A DNA stretch of 64,000 nt from an uncultured Marinoscillum sp. (GTDB lineage Bacteria; Bacteroidota; Bacteroidia; Cytophagales; MED-G16): NCBI GenBank assembly GCA_964553685.1, contig CAZKLB010000001.1, positions 6,717 to 70,716 on the forward strand, in the 5' to 3' direction. The position numbers and the translations under genes were made by a program. Positions 46,585 to 56,945 of this stretch are shown piece after piece (positions within the stretch are counted from its first letter, which is position 1; every line of letters begins with the position of its first letter). The notes beneath the pieces are model-generated. The model had not been told where the DNA came from, did no database searches, and saw only the letters and a program-made list of their open reading frames with translations.

Positions 46585-48833
46585 TTTCTGAACTTATCAA
46601 AATCACTTTTGATTTCCAGCCTAGGAAAATTGTTATCTGTGATATTAACGTCAGCGGTTTCTTTATTTGGATCTAGCTTTATGTTTTTTACTATTTTATT
46701 TTTAACAAATACTTTTGAAACTTCAGTTTCATTTAATCTCCAAATTTCTGCTGGAATCCGTTCGATCTCTTTTGAGTTGTCTTCATAAGTCCATTCAATT
46801 ATTAGAGGGGTTACTAAGCCACCAATGTTTTTGAATGTCACTTCGTAAAAGTTTTTGTCAGCATTTTCAAGTTTTATAGCTTCATCATTTACAGAATTTC
46901 TAAATTCTCTGTAACTATTTGAGCTTGTTTTTGAAAAGTTGAATTCAGTTGGTTGAAACGGCATTGCATATTTTGGATCATCGGAAGCGATTTTTCTTTT
47001 TCCTTTAATTTCTTTGCTTTCGATACTCGCCTTATTTTCAAAGGGTTTGTCAACATTTTTCATTTTAAACCATTTTACTTTTTCAACGGAAACATCAACA
47101 TTGTCAGTGCTGTAAAACCAACCTCTCCAAAACCAATCTAGATCGATTGCGCTAGCATCTTCCATAGTTCTAAAAAAATCTGCTGGATCAGGATGTTTGA
47201 AAGCCCACCTCCTGGAATATTCCTTAAATGCGTAATCAAATAATTCCGGGCCCATTATAGTTTCTCTAAGCACACTCAGTGCAGATGCAGGCTTCGCATA
47301 TGCATTTGCACCAAATTCTCTAGAAGCAATTTGCTCAGAATTTGTCATAATAGGTCTTAACATATCTTTTGGCATTTTCATATAGTTTACAATGCTTTGC
47401 GCTGTTCCTCTTCTTAGGGGGCCATCGCTGTAATATTCTCTTTGTGTCAAAGATTGAACAAATGTATTTAACCCTTCATCCATCCATGTCCACTGTCTCT
47501 CATCAGAATTGATTATCATCGGTATAAAAAAGTGACCTACTTCATGTATGATAACACTAATCATCCCCCATTTTGTTGCATCAGAATATGTTCCATCGTC
47601 GTTAGGCCTTCCAAAGTTGAAACATATCATTGGGTATTCCATTCCAATTGATGCCGCGTGTACTGATATTGCAACTGGGTATGGGTATTCAATGGTATGT
47701 TTTGAATAGGTCTTTAAAGTATTTGCTACCGCAATGGTTGATTCTTTTTCCCATAGTGGATTTCCTTCCTTCGAATAATATGACATGGCCAATGGTTTGT
47801 TATTATCAAGTTCTACAGCCATAGCATCCCATATATATTTTCTAGAGGCTGCAAAAGCAACATCTCTAACCATTGAGGCTTTAAACCTCCAAGTTTTGGA
47901 TTTATTTCTAATTGGGTTTTTCTCTTTTTTTATAGCCTCTTCTTGAGTCGTAATTATCACAGGTTTATCATATGTTTTTCTAGCAAGCTCTAATCTTTCA
48001 AGTTCTTTTTTGTTTAAAACCTCTTCAGCGTTTTGAAGTGCTCCAGTCGCCCCAACAATAAAATCAGAAGGAACTGTTATGTTTAGTTCGTAATCGCCAA
48101 AAGGTAAGGCAAACTCCCCTCTTCCTAAAAACTGCTTGTTTTGCCAACCTTCCTTGTCATCATAAACAGCCATTCTAGGAAAAAACTGAGCAATTGTATA
48201 GTTATAGTTTTTGTCTTTTTCAAAATACTCGTATCCTCCTCTACCACCTAACTTCATTCTATCATTTATCTCATATGACCATTTTATTTTGAACGAAAAT
48301 TTTTCACCGGTTTTTAATGGCTCCGGAAGTTCAATTCTCATCATTGTTTGGATAACCTTATTATCTAATGGATTATTATTTTCGTCTTGTACATATTCAA
48401 TTTTAAATCCACCATCATATTTTTCTCCTTTTGAGTTTGTTTGAGTATTCGTTAGTGATTGCAAAGATTTTCCACTAATATTCATTGGCATGGTTGAAGG
48501 GGTTACTAATGGGGTGTTTGATTCGTCTGATCTCATATTCTGATCAAGTTGTACCCAGAGGTATCTCAAAATATCAGGTGAGTTATTGTAATAGGTAATA
48601 CTCTCCTCACCATATAACATCTGATTTTCATCGTTTAAAATAACATCTATTTTATAATCAGCTTGTTGTTGCCAGTAATCAATTCCAGGAGCGCCAGATG
48701 CTGTTCTGTATGAGTTTGGAGTTGGAAGCATGGTCCCAAGCTGTTCAAATTTTTTTTCCCATTCCCCATATGAACCTTGTGAGAAAACATTAAAGAAAGA
48801 AATCGAGAATATAAACAATAGAATTTTTTTCAT
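46581..48833 (-). CDS. exported M1 family zinc metallopeptidase
   Basis: 750 aa. Signal peptide LLFIFSISFFNVFSQ. GxMEN-type GMEYP. HEVGHFF followed by WMDEGLNTF (HEXXH-x18-E gluzincin). Confidence 0.85.
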   Translation of the reverse strand: MKKILLFIFSISFFNVFSQGSYGEWEKKFEQLGTMLPTPNSYRTASGAPGIDYWQQQADYKIDVILNDENQMLYGEESITYYNNSPDILRYLWVQLDQNMRSDESNTPLVTPSTMPMNISGKSLQSLTNTQTNSKGEKYDGGFKIEYVQDENNNPLDNKVIQTMMRIELPEPLKTGEKFSFKIKWSYEINDRMKLGGRGGYEYFEKDKNYNYTIAQFFPRMAVYDDKEGWQNKQFLGRGEFALPFGDYELNITVPSDFIVGATGALQNAEEVLNKKELERLELARKTYDKPVIITTQEEAIKKEKNPIRNKSKTWRFKASMVRDVAFAASRKYIWDAMAVELDNNKPLAMSYYSKEGNPLWEKESTIAVANTLKTYSKHTIEYPYPVAISVHAASIGMEYPMICFNFGRPNDDGTYSDATKWGMISVIIHEVGHFFIPMIINSDERQWTWMDEGLNTFVQSLTQREYYSDGPLRRGTAQSIVNYMKMPKDMLRPIMTNSEQIASREFGANAYAKPASALSVLRETIMGPELFDYAFKEYSRRWAFKHPDPADFFRTMEDASAIDLDWFWRGWFYSTDNVDVSVEKVKWFKMKNVDKPFENKASIESKEIKGKRKIASDDPKYAMPFQPTEFNFSKTSSNSYREFRNSVNDEAIKLENADKNFYEVTFKNIGGLVTPLIIEWTYEDNSKEIERIPAEIWRLNETEVSKVFVKNKIVKNIKLDPNKETADVNITDNNFPRLEIKSDFDKFRN

Positions 48834-48834
48834 A

Positions 48835-49413
48835 TCACCAAAATTTTGCGTTAAAAGTAAGCATCAAACTTATACCAAAAATAACAGAAGAAACAAACAA
48901 CACCCAATTTTCTCTTTTTTTGAACATTAACTTTGAAAGTAATGCACTTAGAGATAAAAATATTAAAACAACAATTATTTGCGCTACCTCTATCCCAACA
49001 TTAAATGCAAATAATTCAAATACAATACTCCCTTTAAAGAGGATGGCTTTTAAATAATTGGCAAAGCCAAGCCCATGTATTAAACCAAAAACAAGGGCAA
49101 TAGCATAATTCGAGTTTACTACTGTTACGTCTTTTTTATTTCTATTAATGATATTATTAAATGCTGTAATTAATATGGTTAAGGGAATTGCAAATTCAAT
49201 TAATTTCTGATCATAGGTAATCAACTCCAGAGCAGACAAAGCTAAAGTTATAGAATGGCCAATTGTAAATGCGGTGACGAGAATAATTATATTCTTAAGC
49301 ATTTTAAAGTCATATATTACAACTAAAGCTAATATAAAAAGTATATGGTCAAGCGCTTGAGTATTCAAAATATGATCAAATCCAACCAAAAACCATGTTT
49401 TAAATTCTTCCAT
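48835..49413 (-). CDS. HupE/UreJ family membrane protein (putative metal ion permease)
   Basis: 192 aa with about 6 TM segments. N-terminal GFDHIL...LDHILFILAL and TIGHSITL His-containing helices. Its stop is 1 nt from the M1 peptidase start. Confidence 0.7.
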   Translation of the reverse strand: MEEFKTWFLVGFDHILNTQALDHILFILALVVIYDFKMLKNIIILVTAFTIGHSITLALSALELITYDQKLIEFAIPLTILITAFNNIINRNKKDVTVVNSNYAIALVFGLIHGLGFANYLKAILFKGSIVFELFAFNVGIEVAQIIVVLIFLSLSALLSKLMFKKRENWVLFVSSVIFGISLMLTFNAKFW

Positions 49414-49420
49414 AATATCA

Positions 49421-49440
49421 TTTAAAATTTCAATTTTAAA
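49421..49440. promoter_or_regulatory. 20-bp near-perfect palindrome in the hupE / 49464 divergent spacer
   Basis: TTTAAAATT-TC-AATTTTAAA has 9-bp arms and sits in the centre of the 50-bp divergent intergenic region. It is A/T-only, so chance occurrence is plausible. Confidence 0.2.
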
Positions 49441-49463
49441 TTTATTAATTTTAGATTATTAGT

Positions 49464-49931
49464 ATGCTATCTATAATTTGTTTTTTTTTCCTGCATGAGT
49501 TTTATGTGAGTGTTTCTTACATGGAGTATGACAATGATAGAAACGCTGTTGAAATTCAAAAAAAAATTTTTTTTGATGATCTTGAGTTAGCCTTAAGAAA
49601 AGAAAACAATAATAAAACCTTCGATATTCTTAATTCAGATCCCCAGCTAATTAATCAATATATAGAAACGTATCTTATTAGTAATATGAAAATTTTCATA
49701 AATGGTAAAATATATAATTTTAACTATTTGGGTCATGAATATGTAAATGGGACTATCAATTGTTTTTTGGAGATAAAAGGAATAAGAAAAGTTAAGGAGC
49801 TACAAATAGAAGACACTAGCCTTTTCTCTTATTTTGACGGCCAAGAAAATTTGATTTACTTTGAAATGAACAACAAACTGTCGACATTAAGATTAAAAGA
49901 ACCTAAACTTTCTGATAAAATTATTTTTTAA
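49464..49931 (+). CDS. small hydrophobic-leader protein, paralog of 16972..17466 (family I recall being labelled DUF6702)
   Basis: 155 aa. MLSIICFFFL leader, then HEFYVSV...IFFDDLELAL. It shares the blocks listed for the 16972 ORF. Confidence 0.5.
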   Translation: MLSIICFFFLHEFYVSVSYMEYDNDRNAVEIQKKIFFDDLELALRKENNNKTFDILNSDPQLINQYIETYLISNMKIFINGKIYNFNYLGHEYVNGTINCFLEIKGIRKVKELQIEDTSLFSYFDGQENLIYFEMNNKLSTLRLKEPKLSDKIIF

Positions 49932-49945
49932 TTTAAAAATTCAAG

Positions 49946-52396
49946 ATGAAAAAACTATTATTTCTAATCCCTTTAATTTCCTATATAAATTTATTTTCAC
50001 AGAAAGTTACCATCGAGTCGTTTACAAAAAACTTTCAAAAAAAGGAGGGTTTCATTAATTATTATTGGGATGATAATAATGGAAAATTATATTTTGAAAT
50101 TGAAAATTTAGATAATGAATTAATATACGTTAATTATCTATCAGCAGGTGTGGGTTCTAATGATATTGGATTAGATAGAGGACAAATTGGAGGTACAAGA
50201 ATTATTAAATTTGTCAAAATTGGACCTAAAATATTAATGGTTCAGCCCAACTATAAGTTTAGAGCTCTTTCAGATAACATAGAAGAAATCAAGTCTGTTA
50301 ATGATGCTTTTGCAAGCTCTACAATTTGGGGATTTCAAATCCAAGCAAAATCAGGAAATAGTTATCTTATTGATGCGACAGAGTTTGCAATGCGTGATTC
50401 ACATATGATCTCTACAAGACTTAAAAGACAAAATCAGGGTACATTTAAGATTGATAATAAGAGTTCTTCTTTTGATCCTGGATTTTCTAAAAACTTTCCA
50501 CTAAATACTGAGATTGAATCTTTTTTAACTTTTAGAGGAATGGCTACAGGCAGATGGTTAAATTCTGTTTCTCCAAGTTTAGAATCATTTTCAGTTAGGA
50601 CAAGACATTCCTTTGTGAAATTACCAGATGAGGGTTATTCACCAAGAAAATTTGATCCCAGAGCAGGTTATGGTGCAATGACATTTTATGATTACGCTAG
50701 CCCAATAGAAGATGACTTAAGTGTTAAATATATTAGGAGACATCGTTTAATAAAAAAATATCCCAGTAAAATATTAAGTGAACCTGTAGAGCCAATAATT
50801 TATTATCTAGACCGAGGTGTTCCAGAGCCAGTAAAATCTGCATTAATAGAAGGGGCGGCTTGGTGGAATGATGCATTTGAGTCTGCTGGATTTAAAAATG
50901 CATTTCAAATTAAAGTTTTACCTGAAGGTGCGGACCTGCTAGATGTACGATATAATGTAATTCAATGGGTTCATAGGTCTACTAGAGGTTGGTCATATGG
51001 AGCATCAGTCGTTGATCCTAGAACGGGTGAAATAATTAAGGGACATGTCTCCTTAGGATCTCTTAGGGTAAGACAGGATTACCTTATAGCCGAAGGTCTC
51101 CTAAGACCTTATGGAGATGATGATAGCAAAAATAATGCTATGAAAAAAATGGCTATTGAAAGATTAAGACAACTCTCTGCTCATGAAGTGGGTCACACCA
51201 TCGGACTTTCTCATAACTATATTTCTAGTGCTAGAGAAAGAAAGTCTGTTATGGACTATCCACATCCACTAATTAAATTCTCCAAAAATCAAATTGACTT
51301 ATCAGAGGCATACGATCAAGGAATAGGCTCATGGGATAAACTTGCTATTAATTGGGGATACAGAGAATTTCAGTCAAATGAGGAAGATCAATTAAATCAA
51401 ATATTACAAGATGGTTATAAAGACGATATCTACTTTATAACAGATCAAGACTCTAGACCTCAAGGTAGCGCTCATCCTAGGTCGCATTTATGGGATAACG
51501 GTTTTGACGCAGCTGATGAATTAAATAGAATGCTTGAAATAAGAAGACATATCCTTGATAATTTTTTAGATAATGCAATTAGAAAAGGAGAACCTATGTC
51601 AAGTATTGAGGAGGTTCTTGTTCCAATGTATCTACTACATAGGTACCAGATTGAGGCGGCCGCAAAGGTAGTGGGAGGATTAGAATATAATTATGCTTTA
51701 AAGGGCGATGGGCAGTTGGTAACAAAAATGCTAACAAAGGAGCAACAAGATAAAGCGCTAGAATCATTACTAAATTCAATTCATCCTAGAAATTTATCTC
51801 TTGACGAGAAGCTTATACGCTTAATACCACCTCGAGCTTTTGGTTATCCAAGAACTAGGGAAACTTTTAAATCCAGGACTGGTTTAACATTTGATTATTT
51901 AGCGGCAGCAGAGACAGCAACAAACTTAACTTTAAAAATGTTATTTAATCCTCAAAGAGCTTCGAGGTTAGTGATTCAAAAAGCAAGAGATTCCATAAAT
52001 CAACCTGGCTTTAAAGAGGTTATTAATAAAATTGTTGATCGAACGGTTTTAAATACAAACGATATAAGTAAAAGAACACAAATTTTTTCAAGTATAGAAT
52101 TAGAGATCTCAAAAATGGTAAGCCATAGAGTTTTAAATCATCTCTTCATCTTAGCCTCAAGTAATAAAACTCATGAGGAGGTTAACGCAATAACATATTC
52201 AATTCTTAAAAACATAAAAAAAGTGTTAGAAAAAAAAGATTCAAGTGATTACCACTCTCATTATTTGTCAGATAAAATTCAAAAGTTTTTCTCTGGAAAT
52301 TTAGAAGTGGAACTAATACAAGAATTACAACCACCTGATGGTTCTCCAATAGGTTCCAATGATTTATATTTATTTCATTGTGGAAGTGAATTATAA
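49946..52396 (+). CDS. exported zinc-dependent metalloprotease, metzincin-type (DUF5117/DUF4953-like architecture)
   Basis: 816 aa. Signal peptide LLFLIPLISYINLFSQ. HEVGHTIGLSHNY (HEXXHXXGXXH). The size and layout match the large Bacteroidota zinc-dependent metalloprotease family as I recall it. Confidence 0.8.
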   Translation: MKKLLFLIPLISYINLFSQKVTIESFTKNFQKKEGFINYYWDDNNGKLYFEIENLDNELIYVNYLSAGVGSNDIGLDRGQIGGTRIIKFVKIGPKILMVQPNYKFRALSDNIEEIKSVNDAFASSTIWGFQIQAKSGNSYLIDATEFAMRDSHMISTRLKRQNQGTFKIDNKSSSFDPGFSKNFPLNTEIESFLTFRGMATGRWLNSVSPSLESFSVRTRHSFVKLPDEGYSPRKFDPRAGYGAMTFYDYASPIEDDLSVKYIRRHRLIKKYPSKILSEPVEPIIYYLDRGVPEPVKSALIEGAAWWNDAFESAGFKNAFQIKVLPEGADLLDVRYNVIQWVHRSTRGWSYGASVVDPRTGEIIKGHVSLGSLRVRQDYLIAEGLLRPYGDDDSKNNAMKKMAIERLRQLSAHEVGHTIGLSHNYISSARERKSVMDYPHPLIKFSKNQIDLSEAYDQGIGSWDKLAINWGYREFQSNEEDQLNQILQDGYKDDIYFITDQDSRPQGSAHPRSHLWDNGFDAADELNRMLEIRRHILDNFLDNAIRKGEPMSSIEEVLVPMYLLHRYQIEAAAKVVGGLEYNYALKGDGQLVTKMLTKEQQDKALESLLNSIHPRNLSLDEKLIRLIPPRAFGYPRTRETFKSRTGLTFDYLAAAETATNLTLKMLFNPQRASRLVIQKARDSINQPGFKEVINKIVDRTVLNTNDISKRTQIFSSIELEISKMVSHRVLNHLFILASSNKTHEEVNAITYSILKNIKKVLEKKDSSDYHSHYLSDKIQKFFSGNLEVELIQELQPPDGSPIGSNDLYLFHCGSEL

Positions 52397-52795
52397 TTTT
52401 TCTTCGTGAAGAGCTGTAGCTGTTCCATCCACAATTATTTTTTCGTTAATATCAAAAATTTGGGTTTTAAATATTCCAAAATGTTTTTTCTTGATGATTT
52501 TTATCAGTTCAACATGAACATAATATTTTTTGTTAGGATATAATGGCCTCTTGAAGCTCAGATTTTGTGCGACATGTATTGATCCTTTCCCTGGAAATTT
52601 TGTTCCCATTACTCTTCCAAATGATGTAACAGAAAACAGCCCGTGAACAATTGGTTTTTTAAATCTTGTTTTTGCAGCATAACTTTTATCGTAATGAATG
52701 GGATTGTCGTCTCCACTTAGTTTAGCAAATTTGTTTACCATGCCTTGACTAATAGAAAACTCTTCCCTGTAATAATCTCCAATTTTTAATTTCAT
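52391..52795 (-). CDS. MaoC-like (R)-hydratase / hotdog-fold protein
   Basis: 134 aa. SGDDNPIHYD hydratase motif and a hotdog-fold pattern. ATGA overlap with the upstream permease gene. Confidence 0.8.
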   Translation of the reverse strand: MKLKIGDYYREEFSISQGMVNKFAKLSGDDNPIHYDKSYAAKTRFKKPIVHGLFSVTSFGRVMGTKFPGKGSIHVAQNLSFKRPLYPNKKYYVHVELIKIIKKKHFGIFKTQIFDINEKIIVDGTATALHEEKL

Positions 52796-54027
52796 GAATT
52801 TATTTTTTTAACTTCCATAAAATCATTTGATTTAATTAAGTTGCTTGGTATCAAAGATGCAGTTATTGATACTAATACAACAATAGTTATTGTAAAAACA
52901 ATATCAATAAAATTTAGTTTTATTGGGTATGATTCAAGTATAGAGCTTGTCATATTTATTTTTACTATTCCAAAGTATTCTTGTATTAATGAAGCCCCTA
53001 TTCCTAAAAAAGCTCCAAACACTATTCCAGCTAAACCTATTAATATCCCCTGAAAAATAAATATTTTTTTTATTTGATTTAGACCAACTCCAAACGAAAG
53101 GAGTGTTTTAATATCTTTTCTTTTTTCTATTCCCATCATTGAAAGAAGAAAAAAAATGTTCAAAGAGCTTAGAAGTAAAATAATTGAAAAAACTATATAT
53201 ACAATGAGTTTCTCCGTTCTTAGGATCTTAAATAAACTTTCTCGTTGTTCAGAAAACCCTAAAACATTAAATTCATCTCCAATTACATTCTGAATTTCAA
53301 TTTTAATCTTTTCAGGGTTAAATCCATTTTTTACTTCAACCTCGTATGATGATATTTTCATCTCTTTATCAAAAAGTCTTTGAGTAAAATCTAGTTTTGC
53401 AAAAGCATAATTATTATCAAAGCTTTTTTCAATAGCAAAAATACCTGTTGGTTTTAATTGTTCCTTCTTATAAATTTTTTGTCTGGTTATATTTGGATTT
53501 AATTTTTTAGAATCAGACAAAGCATAGACATTAATATTTTGAAAGTCTGAATTGGTTTTAATTCCGAGAGAATATTTTAGGCCTCTTCCAAAAACAGCAT
53601 TATTCAATTTACCTTTATTTATTTCAAAATCGCCTTCTACTAAATTTGATTTGATTTGATTTTTTTTTAAGTAATCATTGTCTACACCTTTTAAATAAGC
53701 TACCGCTTCGTTTTCTGCGTTTTGAAATAAAACTTTATTTTCTAAAACACCTGAGGCGTATTTAACACCATTAACGGAAGTTATTTTCTCTTTTATCGTG
53801 TTATTAAAATACTTATTCTTTTTATGTTCAATTTTAATACTAGGATCAAAATCTTTATAAACTGACATTAACGTATTCTCTAATCCGTTAAAGACAGAAA
53901 GAACAATAATCATTGCGGCTGTTCCAATACTAATGCTTGCAATTGAAAAGTAAGACAGAAAGTTTATAAATGTCTTCTTTTTTTTTGAAAACACATATCG
54001 CGAAGCAATAAATAATGATAATTTCAT
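52792..54027 (-). CDS. FtsX-like ABC transporter permease (LolC/E family)
   Basis: 411 aa. N-terminal TM, a large periplasmic domain and three C-terminal TMs (FtsX domain). ASRYVFSKKKK N-terminus is typical of LolE-like proteins. Confidence 0.8.
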   Translation of the reverse strand: MKLSLFIASRYVFSKKKKTFINFLSYFSIASISIGTAAMIIVLSVFNGLENTLMSVYKDFDPSIKIEHKKNKYFNNTIKEKITSVNGVKYASGVLENKVLFQNAENEAVAYLKGVDNDYLKKNQIKSNLVEGDFEINKGKLNNAVFGRGLKYSLGIKTNSDFQNINVYALSDSKKLNPNITRQKIYKKEQLKPTGIFAIEKSFDNNYAFAKLDFTQRLFDKEMKISSYEVEVKNGFNPEKIKIEIQNVIGDEFNVLGFSEQRESLFKILRTEKLIVYIVFSIILLLSSLNIFFLLSMMGIEKRKDIKTLLSFGVGLNQIKKIFIFQGILIGLAGIVFGAFLGIGASLIQEYFGIVKINMTSSILESYPIKLNFIDIVFTITIVVLVSITASLIPSNLIKSNDFMEVKKINS

Positions 54028-54029
54028 TA

Positions 54030-54389
54030 TTATTTTTTAGATGGTATTTTTAAATCGGAGATTATTTTATTTACTCTTGCTGCATCGTGTTCAGTACTAT
54101 CAAAAATAAATTTAATTTCAGGTATCTTCCTGATTTTCTTTCCTATAGATTTTACAATAAATTGTTTTACATCGTGTTTTTTCTCAGTTAACACATTTTC
54201 TACGAAATCAGTTTTTTTATTATTTAAAACACTGATAAATATTAAAGCAACGCTAAGGTCAGGAGATAATTTTATTCCCATTACTGTTATAAATTCATTC
54301 TTTAAAAAAGATTTTCCTTTTCTAATAAAATATTCATTAACAACCCTATGAATTAAACTTTCATGTTTTTCAATTCTTTGTCTCTTCAA
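54030..54389 (-). CDS. rbfA: ribosome-binding factor A
   Basis: RbfA KH-like pattern. I prefer the TTG at rc 54389-54387, giving M-KRQRIEKHESLIHRVV, which fits the canonical RbfA N-terminus and lies 4 nt after the rpiB stop. The track start at 54440 would overlap rpiB by 47 nt. Confidence 0.75.
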   Translation of the reverse strand: MKRQRIEKHESLIHRVVNEYFIRKGKSFLKNEFITVMGIKLSPDLSVALIFISVLNNKKTDFVENVLTEKKHDVKQFIVKSIGKKIRKIPEIKFIFDSTEHDAARVNKIISDLKIPSKK

Positions 54390-54393
54390 TTTA

Positions 54394-54822
54394 TTAGCAA
54401 TTAATTTTATCGACTCTAATTTTATGTCTTCCACCCTCAAAACTAGACTTTATGAATGCTTCAAATATTAATTTTTGTTCTTCTTTACTAATAAATCTTG
54501 CAGGCAAACAAAGTATATTAGAATTATTATGTGTAACCGCTAATGTGGCAATATCTACGTTCCAACAAATAGCGGCCCTTATGCCCTTGTGTTTATTTGC
54601 TGCCATAGCAACTCCATTTGCGCTTCCACAAATTAGTATCCCAATATTTGACTTATCTTTTAATGTCTCTTTTGAGACAAGGTGTGCATAATCAGGGTAG
54701 TCGACGGAATCGGGTCCTTTTGTTCCTAGGTCAACAAAATCTATTTTTTTTTCTTTAATAGTCTTTATTAATTGTTCTTTATGATTAAAACCAGCATGAT
54801 CTGAGCCTAAGATTAATTTCAT
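54394..54822 (-). CDS. rpiB: ribose-5-phosphate isomerase B
   Basis: 142 aa. LILGSDHAGF and ILICGSANGVAMAANK (RpiB/LacA/LacB family). Confidence 0.9.
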   Translation of the reverse strand: MKLILGSDHAGFNHKEQLIKTIKEKKIDFVDLGTKGPDSVDYPDYAHLVSKETLKDKSNIGILICGSANGVAMAANKHKGIRAAICWNVDIATLAVTHNNSNILCLPARFISKEEQKLIFEAFIKSSFEGGRHKIRVDKINC

Positions 54823-55611
54823 TTATTTCTTTTTAACATTTCCTGATATTAATATACTAATTTCATAAAGACCAACCAATGGTACAGCCATAACAATTTG
54901 ACTAAAAGGGTCCGGTGGAGTAAGCATTGCCCCAAAAACTAATATAATTACTATGGCATGCTTTCTGTAACTCCTTAAAATTGTTTTATTGACAACCCCA
55001 GCCTTTGTTAAAAAGAAAATCACCATAGGTAATTGAAATAAAAGTCCAGACGCAAGAACTAAAGTGGTGATGGTTGAAACATATGAAATTATGTCAAACT
55101 CATTTAGTATAGAAGGGTCTATCTGATAATTTGCTAGAAAATTTATTGATATTGGCGTGAGGATAAAATAACCGAAAAGAACTCCAATAAAGAAAAGAAG
55201 AGACACATAAAAAGTAGCGCCTTTTGCAGCTTTTTTCTCATTTACGTATAAGCCAGGAGAAATGAATTTCCAGAACTCCCAAAAGGCATAAGGAAACGAG
55301 CAAATTATTCCAATTACAAAAGAGGAAGAAATATGCATCATAAACTGACCAGCCATCTGTCTACTTTGTATGATAAATGGTAGTTCATCAATACAGAAAG
55401 ATGAAATCCCAAAATTTAAACCTAAATCGCAAAGCATCTTATATGTCAAGAAATCACTTTTTGATGGACCTAATAATATTATCCCAAAAACTACTTCTTT
55501 GCTTAAAAAAGCAATAACTGCAAAAAATAATATGGAGGCTAAAGACCTGATTATGTGCCATCTAAGTTCTTCTAGATGGTCGATAAAAGACATTTCTTTT
55601 TCTTGCTTCAT
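54823..55611 (-). CDS. tatC: twin-arginine translocase subunit TatC
   Basis: 262 aa. MSFIDHLEELRWHIIRS N-terminus and 6 TM segments. Confidence 0.9.
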   Translation of the reverse strand: MKQEKEMSFIDHLEELRWHIIRSLASILFFAVIAFLSKEVVFGIILLGPSKSDFLTYKMLCDLGLNFGISSFCIDELPFIIQSRQMAGQFMMHISSSFVIGIICSFPYAFWEFWKFISPGLYVNEKKAAKGATFYVSLLFFIGVLFGYFILTPISINFLANYQIDPSILNEFDIISYVSTITTLVLASGLLFQLPMVIFFLTKAGVVNKTILRSYRKHAIVIILVFGAMLTPPDPFSQIVMAVPLVGLYEISILISGNVKKK

Positions 55612-56871
55612 TTATTTATGTAGAGGAAATTTAGATGCCCAATTATTTATTTCTGACTTTACAGATTCTATTTCGCCTTCATCATTGATAACTCTATCAA
55701 TGAAGTTTACAATTTTAGTCATGTCAGACTCTAACATTCCTCTTGTGGTTATTGCAGCAGTCCCTACCCTCATTCCGGATGTTACAAAAGGAGATTCAGT
55801 ATCGTATGGAACCATATTTTTATTAATGGTAATATCTGCTTTACCAAGATTTTCCTCAGCTGTCTTTCCATTAATATTTTTGTTTCTTAAGTCAATTAAC
55901 ATCAAATGATTTTCTGTTCCATTCGATATTATATTATATCCCTTTTTAATAAATTCATCCGCCATCGTTTTAGCGTTTTTTTTCACCTGTACTATATAAT
56001 CGAGATAATTATCGGACAAAGCCTCTCTAAAGGCTACTGCTTTTGCGGCAATTATATGTTCAAGAGGTCCTCCTTGTGTTCCAGGAAAAACACCTGAGTC
56101 TAGCAAAGAGGATAGTTTTCTTGTTATTCCCTTAGGTGTTTTGATACCAAAAGGGTTGTCAAAATCATTTCTCATCATAATAATACCACCCCTTGGACCT
56201 CTTAAGGTTTTGTGTGTTGTGGATGTTACAATATCGCAGTATTCTAACGGATCATTTAATAATCCCCTTGAAATTAAACCAGATGGATGAGCTATATCTG
56301 CAAGAACTAATGCACCGATCGAGTCTGCCGTTTCCCTAATTCTTTTGTAATCCCAGTCTCTGCTGTATGAAGAGGCACCGCAGATTATTAATTTAGGATT
56401 CTCTTTTTTTGCTGTTTCTTCTAGCTGCTCATAATTAATAATTCCATCCTCTTTCTTTACGCCATAAAAATATGACTTATAAATTTTACCTGAAAAATTA
56501 ACTAGAGACCCGTGTGTTAAATGTCCTCCATGCGCCAAATCAAAACCAAGAATTTTATCTCCTGGATTTAAAATAGCAAGCATGACAGCAGCATTAGCTT
56601 GTGCTCCTGAATGTGGCTGAACGTTTACCCAAGTAGCATCAAAAAGAGTTTTTAATCTTTCTCTACATAAATCTTCAATTTCGTCAACGACCAAGCAACC
56701 ACCATAATATCTTTTTCCAGGAAGGCCTTCTGCATATTTATTAGTTAATATACTTCCAGCGGCCTCCATTACTTCATTAGAGGCATAGTTTTCAGAGGCT
56801 ATTAGTTCAATCCCTTCTGTTTGTCTTTTCTTTTCAAGTTCAATTAATTCAAATAGTTTTTTATCTCTCAT
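55612..56871 (-). CDS. glyA: serine hydroxymethyltransferase
   Basis: 419 aa. [17 protein letters not shown]-type block, and the PLP-Lys block [14 protein letters not shown]. Confidence 0.97.
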   Translation of the reverse strand: MRDKKLFELIELEKKRQTEGIELIASENYASNEVMEAAGSILTNKYAEGLPGKRYYGGCLVVDEIEDLCRERLKTLFDATWVNVQPHSGAQANAAVMLAILNPGDKILGFDLAHGGHLTHGSLVNFSGKIYKSYFYGVKKEDGIINYEQLEETAKKENPKLIICGASSYSRDWDYKRIRETADSIGALVLADIAHPSGLISRGLLNDPLEYCDIVTSTTHKTLRGPRGGIIMMRNDFDNPFGIKTPKGITRKLSSLLDSGVFPGTQGGPLEHIIAAKAVAFREALSDNYLDYIVQVKKNAKTMADEFIKKGYNIISNGTENHLMLIDLRNKNINGKTAEENLGKADITINKNMVPYDTESPFVTSGMRVGTAAITTRGMLESDMTKIVNFIDRVINDEGEIESVKSEINNWASKFPLHK

Positions 56872-56945
56872 ATTACTCTAAATATTCGTTATTTTAGCTG
56901 GATATTGATTAATTTGTAATTACCACTAATTATACCTTAAAAGTA

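Noticed and set aside
55370-55909. 179-aa plus-strand ORF spanning the tatC/glyA junction
   Set aside because: It lies antisense to two well-supported genes at once. It has no motifs, and its composition mirrors the complement of the membrane-protein and SHMT codons. I treat it as a shadow ORF.
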